From Rhodospirillaceae bacterium (lineage in GTDB: Bacteria; Pseudomonadota; Alphaproteobacteria; GCA-2731375): a stretch of 64,000 bases of DNA. Location of the stretch: positions 1,144 to 65,143 of the forward strand of contig JABJKS010000106.1 of NCBI GenBank assembly GCA_018660265.1, written 5' to 3'. The position numbers and the translations under genes were made by a program. The notes under the pieces were generated by a model, which saw only the letters and a program-made list of their open reading frames with translations, made no database searches and was not told the DNA's origin. Below, one piece after another: positions 55,780 to 64,000 of the stretch (positions are counted from its first letter, which is position 1; each line of letters begins with the position of its first letter).

Positions 55780-56955
55780 CTAGATTTCGGAAAAATAGGC
55801 CTCACGAAAGCCGACTTCCTCAATTTCGTCGTCGGTAAATCGCGCCTTGATCGTTTCGATTTCGGATAGATTCTCGATCAATGCGTTGACACATCTGGGA
55901 TCAAGCATAGTGCCTGATTTGTCTTTCAGGAACTGTAGGGCCCGCTCGACGCTCCAGGCTTCCTTGTAGGGTCGCTTACTGGTCAGGGCATCAAAGATAT
56001 CCGCAACCATGACAATGCGCGCTTCCAGGGGAATGGCTTCGCCAATCAAACCCTCCATATATCCGTTGCCATCAAAACACTCGTGATGAAAGCGGACAAT
56101 ATTTCGCAGCATTTCCGTGTGTGGCAGATCCGTCAGGCCAAAGTCACCGATTATGGCATCGACCATTCTGACGCCTTTGGTGACGTGGGTTTTCATAATT
56201 GCGAATTCAGCCTCTGTTAGCTGGGCCGGTTTTAACAAAATGCTGTCTTCTATGCCGATCTTGCCAATATCGTGCAGGGGCGAAAAAAGGAAGACGAACT
56301 CCACAAACTCATCCGACAGCGCCTTTTCTACGGCGATATCGTTGGCAATGACGCGGGCATAGCGCGACATCCGGTCAAGATGGGCACCGGTCTCCTGGTC
56401 CCGGTAACGGCTTAAATCGCGCGCCACATTGACCGAGGAACGAAGCATCTGCGCGGGCGTCAAACCGTTGATCACCAGCAGGGATATCAGATGTGAAAAA
56501 GTCGAAAGATGATGCAGGGTAATATTGTCGAAATACGCCTTCTTCCGCGCATCAAAAAACAAAAAACCGATGAGTTGGCCGCGGTTAAAGAAGGGCCGGG
56601 TGTAGCTGGACAGGTAACCGGCTTCGATGACCTTTTGGCTGCGCACGTGGTCCGGGCCAAGGACGGTCAGATCGCTGACCCGCCTGTCCTGATGTGCTGC
56701 TGCCAGACTGGCCAGAATGGGGACCTCACCCAGGGCTGCCTCGTAATGGGAGAATGGCACCGCCCCTTCGGTGCTGTGAATGAAGGTCTTCAGGCGGTCG
56801 GTCCCGTGGTCATAGATCGCGACGGCGACACGTGCGATCTCAGGAAATGCTTCTTTCATATTGCTATGCACAGTTTCCAGCTGCTGCTGGACCGAGGCGG
56901 CGGTGTCGCCATCGTTTATGATGACCTGCTGTCCGGTATTCTCAAGTGATTGCAT
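55780..56955 (-). CDS. HD-GYP domain protein with an N-terminal GAF-like sensor (probable c-di-GMP phosphodiesterase)
   Basis: Contains HD...HHE.FDGNGYMEG motifs (HDIGKIG, HHECFDGNGYMEGL). Confidence 0.75.
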   Translation of the reverse strand: MQSLENTGQQVIINDGDTAASVQQQLETVHSNMKEAFPEIARVAVAIYDHGTDRLKTFIHSTEGAVPFSHYEAALGEVPILASLAAAHQDRRVSDLTVLGPDHVRSQKVIEAGYLSSYTRPFFNRGQLIGFLFFDARKKAYFDNITLHHLSTFSHLISLLVINGLTPAQMLRSSVNVARDLSRYRDQETGAHLDRMSRYARVIANDIAVEKALSDEFVEFVFLFSPLHDIGKIGIEDSILLKPAQLTEAEFAIMKTHVTKGVRMVDAIIGDFGLTDLPHTEMLRNIVRFHHECFDGNGYMEGLIGEAIPLEARIVMVADIFDALTSKRPYKEAWSVERALQFLKDKSGTMLDPRCVNALIENLSEIETIKARFTDDEIEEVGFREAYFSEI

Positions 56956-57091
56956 GGCTGAAACTCAACACGGATACAAATTTTCTGCGGCAAGACGGCG
57001 TTGCGTTTGCCGCCAGGGAGCGCTTCACGTCATCAAATTATTCGGAAAGTCTTAAGGTAGTCTGAAGGTGCGATCAGTCCACACATGGCGC

Positions 57092-57146
57092 TCAAAAAAA
57101 CGGCCCCGATGCAGCTGCATTCGCAGCCGCATTTGGGGCCGTTTCA
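57092..57146 (-). terminator. Rho-independent terminator downstream of the CDGSH gene
   Basis: On the minus strand, aaacggcccc ... ggggccgttt forms a GC-rich stem with an internal palindrome atgcagctgcat, followed by ttttttt. Confidence 0.6.
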
Positions 57147-57164
57147 ATAGCTGTGGCGCGCGAT

Positions 57165-57404
57165 CTATAGGCGGTTATGGGCACCATTGCAGAAAGGTTG
57201 GCCGTCGTTGCGCTTGCAGCCGCACAAAGCATAAGACTTGGCCTTGTCTACCTGAAACTTCACTGGCGTGAAGTCGGAGCCTTTGTGGCTGCCGTCGCAC
57301 AATGGCTGCTTCGAGCTTTTGCCACAGCTACACCAATAATAATCTTTGCCCGCTTCCAAATCCGTCATGTAGGGGAATTCCTGGGCGATAACGGCTTCTG
57401 ACAT
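57165..57404 (-). CDS. CDGSH iron-sulfur domain protein (two CDGSH motifs)
   Basis: Contains CSCGKSSKQPLCDGSH and CGCKRNDGQPFCNGAH. Confidence 0.75.
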   Translation of the reverse strand: MSEAVIAQEFPYMTDLEAGKDYYWCSCGKSSKQPLCDGSHKGSDFTPVKFQVDKAKSYALCGCKRNDGQPFCNGAHNRL

Positions 57405-57512
57405 GAATAGTGCTCCTATGGATTTATGAACTGTTGTTGATAGGTAGAGGGTTGCCTGTGCGAAGACAACGGTACGCCGGTGAACAATATTGTTTCCTGA
57501 TGGGGATAATCT

Positions 57513-58658
57513 TTACAGCACGTCTGATAATACATTGATCAATCGGTCTATGTCCGCTTCGTTGTTAAAAAGATGCGGCGTCACGCGCATGGATTGACCA
57601 CGCACGGAAACATAGACGTTGTTTGCACCCAGGCGTTCGGGCAGGCCATCGGGGACATCACCTGGAAAACCCAGGCCCAGAAAATGATCGGCCCGCAGAC
57701 TGGGGGCTGATGCCCAGAGGCCCAAAGGCGCGGCGCGTTCGGCAATTGTCGCAGTCATCGCCGCCAGTGTTTCCTGAATATTCTCGACGCCCCATTCCAA
57801 CAATTGTTCCAGGGCTGTGACTGCCATGGGCATGGCGGTGAAGTTGGCACTTTCTCCCATGTCAAAACGCCGGGCGCCAGGTTGAAATTCAGATTTGTAG
57901 TCGACCAGACCGGCAAAGTTCTCACTGTCCTTGCGGGCGATCCAGTTGTGTTCCAGGGGCCGGCCGTTCTGATACTTCGGCGCGACATATAAAAAGCCTA
58001 ATGTATAGGGGCCCATCATCCATTTGTACCCGGCTGCGATGGCGAAATCAGGCTGGATTGCTTCTACATCGAACGGCAACGCGCCGATGGATTGGGTGAT
58101 GTCCAGGACGAGGGCGGCACCATTTTCACGGCACCTTTGGCCGACGGCCACCAAATCGATCAGGCCGCCGTCGGTCCAATGACAGTGTGGCAAGGCAACC
58201 AGGGCCGTATTCTGATCGATGGCATTGAGGATGCGCGGGGTCCAGCCGTCATTGCCGCCCCGAGGCATGCTGCGGGGGATGGTTACAATTTCCGCGCCGC
58301 GGTCTGTTGCCAATTCCCGCCAGGGATAGACGTTTGAGGGGAATTGATCCTGTAACACCACCATTGTCTGGCCTTTGGCCACGGGAATATTCTGCGCCGC
58401 CGTGGCGGTGCCGTAGCTGCAGCTGGGAATTATGGCGATATCATCGGCCTGGGCATGGATCAGTTGCCCGAACAATGTCCGTGCCCGTTCAGGGGTGGTA
58501 AAGAAATCCGGTGGGCTGATCTGCCAGGGTTGCGCCTTTAACGCCACCGCCTCCCGCCCGGCAGCGACCACTTTATGCATCAGGGGGGACATATAGGCGC
58601 AATTGAAATAGGCGATGTCGTCGGGAATATCGAACAGGTGTCGCTGGCAGGGGATCAT
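57513..58658 (-). CDS. Aminotransferase class V-fold PLP-dependent enzyme
   Basis: A protein of about 381 aa with the class V aminotransferase pattern. The start is set at the ATG at 58658 (MIPCQRHLF). Confidence 0.7.
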   Translation of the reverse strand: MIPCQRHLFDIPDDIAYFNCAYMSPLMHKVVAAGREAVALKAQPWQISPPDFFTTPERARTLFGQLIHAQADDIAIIPSCSYGTATAAQNIPVAKGQTMVVLQDQFPSNVYPWRELATDRGAEIVTIPRSMPRGGNDGWTPRILNAIDQNTALVALPHCHWTDGGLIDLVAVGQRCRENGAALVLDITQSIGALPFDVEAIQPDFAIAAGYKWMMGPYTLGFLYVAPKYQNGRPLEHNWIARKDSENFAGLVDYKSEFQPGARRFDMGESANFTAMPMAVTALEQLLEWGVENIQETLAAMTATIAERAAPLGLWASAPSLRADHFLGLGFPGDVPDGLPERLGANNVYVSVRGQSMRVTPHLFNNEADIDRLINVLSDVL

Positions 58659-58887
58659 TGGGATTTTCCACTCGTTATTTGTTGTCGCGCTCGGGTCTTG
58701 GAGCAGGTTGGGGGCATTGGGGACCGGCAGTAGATAGGATGTCAGATGCGACCTTATGTTGCAGTGCGGCAAAACACGGTTGACAGGGCAGGGCGGGGAC
58801 GTAAACTCCGCCCCCGTTCTCAGACGACTATCAAACGACCATATACCGCAAGTATACTTTGCGGGCCATTTTTAAGGACTTGGTGCC

Positions 58888-60063
58888 ATGCGCCCAAACC
58901 AGAAGCCTGACCGTAAACCCGATCGGCCGAATTTTTCGTCCGGCCCTTGTGCAAAACGCCCAGGGTGGAGCCCCGATGCTCTGGCCAATGCGTCTCTGGG
59001 CCGCTCGCATCGCTCTGCCGAAGGCAAGGCGCGGCTGTTGTCCGCGATAGAGGGTACGCGCGAGGTCCTGGGCGTGCCCGATGACTATCGCATCGCCATT
59101 GTACCGGCATCGGATACCGGCGCGGTGGAGATGGCATTGTGGTCCTTGCTGGGTGCCCGGGGCGTGGATGTCCTGGCCTGGGAAAGCTTCGGTGCCGGCT
59201 GGGCGACGGATATCACGAAACAACTGAAACTGCCTGATACCCGGTTGCTGGATGCTGACTATGGTTTGCTGCCGGATCTGGGCGAGGTCAATTTCGACAA
59301 CGATGTGGTGTTCTGCTGGAACGGCACCACCTCCGGTGTGCGCCTGGCAGACGCTGACTGGATCCCCGATGATCGTGCCGGCCTGGCTATTTGCGATGCT
59401 ACTTCTGCGGCTTTCGCCATGGAATTGCCCTGGGACAAGCTGGATGTGGTGACCTTCAGCTGGCAAAAAGTGCTGGGGGGTGAGGCGGCCCACGGCATGT
59501 TGATCCTGGGCCCTCGTGCCGTAGAACGGTTGGAAAGCCATACCCCGTCCTGGCCCCTGCCGAAAATCTTCCGCCTGACCAAAGGCGGCAAGCTACAGGA
59601 AGGCCCGTTTAAGGGAGAGACCATCAACACCCCGTCCATGCTGTGCGTGGAGGATTACCTCGATACCCTGGCCTGGGCCAGATCGGTGGGTGGTCTGGAG
59701 GGTTTGATCAAACGCGTCAACGGCAATGCCGGCGTGCTGGAAGGCTGGGTGGCCAAAACAGATTGGATTGGCTATGTCGCCAGGGATGGGGCTAACCGCT
59801 CTACCACGTCCGTCTGCCTGTCCATTGTGGATGACTGGTTTACCGCTCTGTCCGATGCCGATGGCAACGCTGTCGCCAAGCAGTTGGTCGCGTTGTTGGA
59901 ATCCGAGGCTGCCGCCCTGGATATCGGTGGTCACCGGGATGCGCCGACCGGCCTGCGCATCTGGTGTGGCGCGACGGTGGAGCAGTCTGATTTAGAGGCC
60001 TTGTTGCCATGGCTGGATTGGGCCTATGGCGAAGTGAAGGCGAAATTTTCCCCAGCCGCCTAG
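58888..60063 (+). CDS. serC: Phosphoserine aminotransferase
   Basis: A 391 aa alphaproteobacterial-type SerC ([14 protein letters not shown]). The serA gene follows. Confidence 0.85.
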   Translation: MRPNQKPDRKPDRPNFSSGPCAKRPGWSPDALANASLGRSHRSAEGKARLLSAIEGTREVLGVPDDYRIAIVPASDTGAVEMALWSLLGARGVDVLAWESFGAGWATDITKQLKLPDTRLLDADYGLLPDLGEVNFDNDVVFCWNGTTSGVRLADADWIPDDRAGLAICDATSAAFAMELPWDKLDVVTFSWQKVLGGEAAHGMLILGPRAVERLESHTPSWPLPKIFRLTKGGKLQEGPFKGETINTPSMLCVEDYLDTLAWARSVGGLEGLIKRVNGNAGVLEGWVAKTDWIGYVARDGANRSTTSVCLSIVDDWFTALSDADGNAVAKQLVALLESEAAALDIGGHRDAPTGLRIWCGATVEQSDLEALLPWLDWAYGEVKAKFSPAA

Positions 60064-60112
60064 CGAAAGCTTTGTCGGCGGCCACGTACGACCGTTAGGG
60101 ATATTGTAGATT

Positions 60113-61708
60113 ATGGCTAAAGTTCTGATTTCCGATAAAATGAGCCCCCGCGCTGCGGAAGTATTTCGTGATCGCGGCGTGGAAGTTGATGAAAAACCAG
60201 GCCTGACACCGGAAGGTCTGGCAGAGATCATTGATCAATATGATGGCTTGGCGATCCGATCCTCCACCACGGTGACGCCGGAAATCCTGGCGGCCGCGAA
60301 GGGCAACCTGAAGGTCATTGGCCGGGCCGGTATCGGCGTCGATAACATCGACCAGGAAGCCGCAACCGCCCAGGGCGTCTGTGTCATGAACACGCCTTTT
60401 GGCAATTCCATCACTACTGCTGAACATGCCATTTCCATGATGATGGCCCTGGCCCGGCAAATCCCCGCCGCTGACCGCTCCACCCACGAAGGCAAGTGGG
60501 AGAAGAATCGCTTCATGGGGGTGGAACTATACGGCAAAGTATTGGGCGTGATCGGCTGTGGTAATATTGGTGCCATTGTTTGTGATCGGGCCATTGGCCT
60601 GAAAATGCGGGTTGTCGCATTTGATCCCTACCTCTCGGAAGAACGCGCGCTTGATCTTGGGGTGGAGCGCGTGGATTTGGATACTTTGTTCGCCCGGGCT
60701 GATTTTATCACCCTGCACACGCCCTTAAACGATGCCACGCGCGGCATCATCAATGCCGACAGCATTGCCAAGATGAAGACCGGTGTTCGCATCATCAATT
60801 GTGCCCGAGGTGGGCTGTTGGTGGAAGAAGATCTGCGCGCCGCGATAGATGCGGGACAGGTCGCCGGTGCTGCGGTGGATGTTTTTTCGTCGGAACCGGC
60901 AAAGGAAAACGCCTTGTTCGGCTCTGATGCCGTTGTTGCAACGCCGCACTTGGGTGCCTCCACCACCGAGGCGCAGGTCAATGTCGCCGTGCAGGTGGCC
61001 GAACAGATGGCCGATTATCTGTTGACCGGTGCTATTACCAATGCCTTGAACATGGCCTCCGTCTCGGCGGAAGAAGCGCCGCGTCTGAAGCCCTATTTCA
61101 GCCTGGCGCGGGAATTAGGCAGCTTTGCCGGGCAGTTGACCGAAAGCGCCCTGCAGTCGGTGCATATAGAATATCAAGGCCATGTCGCCGGCCTTAATAC
61201 CCGTCCGCTGACGGCCATAGTTCTCGAAGGTCTGTTGCGGCCTTTGATCTCGAACGTAAACATGATCAATGCGCCCATCGTTGCCAAAGACAGGGGCATA
61301 GAGGTCAAGGAAACCCGAAGCGAAGGGGTCGGTGATTATCAAACCTTGGTTCGCGTCTCCGTCACCACGGAAAACCAAAGCAGGGATGTTGCCGGGACTT
61401 TGTTCGCCGATAATCGGCCGCGCATCGTCCAGGTCAAGGGCATCAAGCTGGAGGCGGAGCTGGTCGGCCATATGCTGTATCTGACGAATGAAGATCAGCC
61501 GGGCCTGATTGGTGCCCTGGGAACTGTGCTGGGTGATAATGGCGTCAACGTCGCCACGTTCCATCTGGGCCGGGCTGAAGAGGGCGGCGATGCCATCGCC
61601 CTGATCGGTGTTGACCAGCCCATTAATGACGCGGTCTTGACGGCGGTCCGTGCCTTGCCCCATGTAGGGCAGGCAAAGGCGCTCAACTTTCTAGGCTCCC
61701 TAAATTAA
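60113..61708 (+). CDS. serA: D-3-phosphoglycerate dehydrogenase
   Basis: A 531 aa protein with a 2-hydroxyacid dehydrogenase core (VLGVIGCGNIG) plus ASB and ACT C-terminal domains. Confidence 0.9.
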   Translation: MAKVLISDKMSPRAAEVFRDRGVEVDEKPGLTPEGLAEIIDQYDGLAIRSSTTVTPEILAAAKGNLKVIGRAGIGVDNIDQEAATAQGVCVMNTPFGNSITTAEHAISMMMALARQIPAADRSTHEGKWEKNRFMGVELYGKVLGVIGCGNIGAIVCDRAIGLKMRVVAFDPYLSEERALDLGVERVDLDTLFARADFITLHTPLNDATRGIINADSIAKMKTGVRIINCARGGLLVEEDLRAAIDAGQVAGAAVDVFSSEPAKENALFGSDAVVATPHLGASTTEAQVNVAVQVAEQMADYLLTGAITNALNMASVSAEEAPRLKPYFSLARELGSFAGQLTESALQSVHIEYQGHVAGLNTRPLTAIVLEGLLRPLISNVNMINAPIVAKDRGIEVKETRSEGVGDYQTLVRVSVTTENQSRDVAGTLFADNRPRIVQVKGIKLEAELVGHMLYLTNEDQPGLIGALGTVLGDNGVNVATFHLGRAEEGGDAIALIGVDQPINDAVLTAVRALPHVGQAKALNFLGSLN

Positions 61709-61712
61709 GACC

Positions 61713-62867
61713 ATGACCCAGATGACTGGCTACGCTGAATTGGCATTACTGCCCGAAGGTCTGCACGATGACCTCGCCCCGTTTGCCGGGCACGAGGCCC
61801 GCTCTGTTGCCCAACTTGTGGCGCAGTTCGAGGGGCATGGGTACCAGCAGGTGAAGCCGCCCCTGATCGAGTTTGAGGAAAGTCTGCTGGCCGGCCCCGG
61901 CGCTGGTGTTGCCCGGCATATGTTCCGCCTGATGGACCCTATATCACAGCGCATGATGGGCTTGCGGGCCGACATGACGACCCAAGTCGCCCGGATTGCG
62001 GCGACCCGGCTAAAGGATGCGCCCCGGCCCCTGCGTTTGTGTTACGCGGGCCAGGTCTTGCGGGTGCGGGGCAGCCAATTGCGACCCGAACGACAATACG
62101 CCCAGGCCGGCGTGGAATTGATCGGGGCCGAAAGCGTTGCGGGTGATGCCGAGGTGGTGTTGTTGGCGGCGGAGGTCTTGCAAGATCTTGGCGTGCAAGG
62201 CCTGTCTGTTGATTTAACTGTGCCGTCTTTAGTACCGTTGTTGACCCAGGCTTTGGGCCTGAAAGGGGCAGAAGGCGAAGCCGCCCGTCAGGCCCTGGAC
62301 GAACGTGATGGCGCCGCGATTGAGGCATTGGCACCTGGCGTGCGGCAACAGCTTGGCGCTGTGATGCGCGCAGCGGGTCCTGCTGACCGCGCGATCAAGG
62401 CTTTGGCGGACCTGGATTTGCCTGATACCGCCCGTGCCTTGTGCGACTATCTGGCGGAATTGATCGCCTGCCTGAAGAAAGACAATGGCGGCCTGACCTT
62501 GACCGTTGATCCCGGCGAAAGCCGGGGCTTTGAATATCAAACGGGGATGAGTTTCAGCCTGTTTGCCGAAGGCGTACGCGGCGAACTGGGCCGGGGCGGG
62601 CGCTATCCCCTGGCCAACGGTGAAAGCGCCATTGGCTTCACCCTGTATCTTGATAGTCTGATGCGCGCCATACCGGACCAGAAAGCGCCACGGCGGCTAT
62701 ATCTGCCTTTCGGCACTTTGGGCGAACGTGCCCGGCAATTACGGGCTGAGGGCTGGGTTACCATTCAGTGCCTGGATGACAAGGTTGACCCGGCGGCTGA
62801 GGCGAAGACCCTCGGCTGTGACCATATTTTGCGCGATGATCAGGCTGTCGCTGTGGTTCTGTCCTGA
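61713..62867 (+). CDS. hisZ: ATP phosphoribosyltransferase regulatory subunit
   Basis: A 384 aa class II aaRS-like HisZ (MFRLMDPISQRMMGLRADMT). Confidence 0.8.
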   Translation: MTQMTGYAELALLPEGLHDDLAPFAGHEARSVAQLVAQFEGHGYQQVKPPLIEFEESLLAGPGAGVARHMFRLMDPISQRMMGLRADMTTQVARIAATRLKDAPRPLRLCYAGQVLRVRGSQLRPERQYAQAGVELIGAESVAGDAEVVLLAAEVLQDLGVQGLSVDLTVPSLVPLLTQALGLKGAEGEAARQALDERDGAAIEALAPGVRQQLGAVMRAAGPADRAIKALADLDLPDTARALCDYLAELIACLKKDNGGLTLTVDPGESRGFEYQTGMSFSLFAEGVRGELGRGGRYPLANGESAIGFTLYLDSLMRAIPDQKAPRRLYLPFGTLGERARQLRAEGWVTIQCLDDKVDPAAEAKTLGCDHILRDDQAVAVVLS

Positions 62868-62905
62868 ACGTAGACAATATTTTTTAGCTTTGGAACGGTA
62901 AGAAT

Positions 62906-64000
62906 ATGGCGAATGTAGCGGTAGTGGGTGCCCAGTGGGGCGACGAAGGCAAAGGCAAGATCGTTGACTGGTTGTCCGAACGGGCCTCTGTCGTGGTGCG
63001 TTTTCAGGGCGGCCATAACGCGGGCCATACCTTGGTTATCGACGGCGCGGTCTATAAGTTGAGCCTGCTGCCGTCGGGCATCGTGCGCAAAGGCAAGCTT
63101 TCGATCATTGGCAATGGTGTCGTGGTTGATCCTTGGGCTTTGCTGTCGGAAATGGAAAGCCTGCGGACACAGGGCGTGGAAATCACACCATCGTCGCTAC
63201 GGCTGGCCTTCAACGCGGCCCTGATATTACCGTTGCATTCCGAACTGGACGGCTTTCGCGAGGATGCCAATACATCCCGCAAGATCGGCACCACCCGGCG
63301 TGGCATCGGCCCGGCTTATGAAGATAAGGTCGGCCGTCGGGCCATTCGGGTCTGTGATCTGTCGGACCTGGATACCCTGCCGGAAAAGGTTGAACAGCTT
63401 TTACTGCACCACAACGCCCTACGCCGGGGCCTGGGCCATGCCGAGGTTGATGCCGATAGCGTGGTTGAGATCTTGCGGGAGGTAGCCCCGAAAATCCTGC
63501 CCTTCGCGTCCAACGTCTGGCGCGACCTGGATGAAGCCCGCCGCGCCGGCCATCGTATTCTTTTCGAAGGTGCCCAGGCGGCGATGCTGGATATTGATCA
63601 CGGCACCTATCCGTATGTGACCTCGTCCAACACCCTGGCCGGACAGGTTGGTGCGGGCGCGGGCATTGGTGTGGATGCCATCGACTATGTCTTGGGCATC
63701 ACCAAAGCCTATACAACACGGGTTGGTGAGGGGCCGTTCCCCACCGAACTACATGATGACGTGGGCCGGGGCCTGGGCGAACGGGGCAAGGAATTCGGTA
63801 CCGTTACGGGGCGTTCCCGCCGTTGCGGCTGGTTTGATGCGGTCATGGTGCGTCAGGCCATCAAGGTTGGCGGCATCACCGGTATTGCCCTGACCAAGCT
63901 GGATGTGCTGGATGGTATGTCGGAGATTAAGGTCTGCACCCGTTATCGGGTTGACGGTATGGAGGTGGATTACCTGCCGGCCGAGATGAGCCGCCAAGCC
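62906..64000 (+). CDS. purA: Adenylosuccinate synthetase (partial, continues past the window end)
   Basis: The N-terminus [16 protein letters not shown] contains the P-loop. GHN.GHT and later PurA motifs are also present. Confidence 0.9.
   Translation, partial: MANVAVVGAQWGDEGKGKIVDWLSERASVVVRFQGGHNAGHTLVIDGAVYKLSLLPSGIVRKGKLSIIGNGVVVDPWALLSEMESLRTQGVEITPSSLRLAFNAALILPLHSELDGFREDANTSRKIGTTRRGIGPAYEDKVGRRAIRVCDLSDLDTLPEKVEQLLLHHNALRRGLGHAEVDADSVVEILREVAPKILPFASNVWRDLDEARRAGHRILFEGAQAAMLDIDHGTYPYVTSSNTLAGQVGAGAGIGVDAIDYVLGITKAYTTRVGEGPFPTELHDDVGRGLGERGKEFGTVTGRSRRCGWFDAVMVRQAIKVGGITGIALTKLDVLDGMSEIKVCTRYRVDGMEVDYLPAEMSRQA

Noticed and set aside
1-64000. Search for tRNA, rRNA, CRISPR arrays, transposases and integrases
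   Set aside because: None was recognised. The rearrangement scars at 3.6-7.9 kb are not accompanied by any detectable recombinase gene or IS-like terminal inverted repeats. No regularly spaced direct repeats were seen, so there is no CRISPR.

Overview
This is a 64 kb chromosomal segment that is GC-rich (about 60 percent by eye, with strong G/C bias at third codon positions) and looks alphaproteobacterial (TrpE(G)-type anthranilate synthase, serC-serA-hisZ-purA, single-chain pyruvate carboxylase). No more precise taxon can be given from sequence alone. Recognisable housekeeping genes sit at both ends: a partial trpE(G) at the left, and pyc, serC, serA, hisZ and a partial purA at the right. The central roughly 45 kb is a dense accessory, catabolic-looking region. 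It carries two separate HyuA/HyuB (hydantoinase, 5-oxoprolinase, caprolactamase or ketone-carboxylase family) pairs. One follows a TRAP transporter and precedes an alanine-racemase-fold gene. The other ends a six-gene minus-strand operon (LLM monooxygenase, double-hotdog MaoC hydratase, family-III CoA-transferase, AMP-forming CoA ligase, HyuA, HyuB) that is divergent from an IclR regulator. A 35-bp operator-like motif built around the perfect palindrome TTGTCTATAGACAA occurs in that IclR divergent promoter and, at 30 of 35 identical positions, in a second divergent promoter about 30 kb away. That second promoter sits in front of a paralogous CoA-ligase/MaoC-hydratase pair and a thioesterase/MBL-hydrolase pair, which suggests one regulator links the two loci. 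Other content includes an AtuA(DUF1446)-enoyl-CoA hydratase-carboxyltransferase beta cluster with no biotin subunit, a coxMSL-like molybdenum hydroxylase followed by CMD, MetE-like and HIBADH-like genes, a Ddn-like deazaflavin-type reductase, a split ComDE-like TPP decarboxylase, a class III cyclase-TPR protein, and a His/Lys-rich secreted repeat protein next to an orphan DUF123 gene. The region at 3.6-7.9 kb carries clear rearrangement scars: a 300 bp duplicated gene tail flanking a nitronate monooxygenase gene, a 55 bp repeat present twice at junctions with fragments of the comE-like gene, and a degraded ACAD-like monooxygenase remnant. No tRNA, rRNA, CRISPR array, transposase or integrase was seen.
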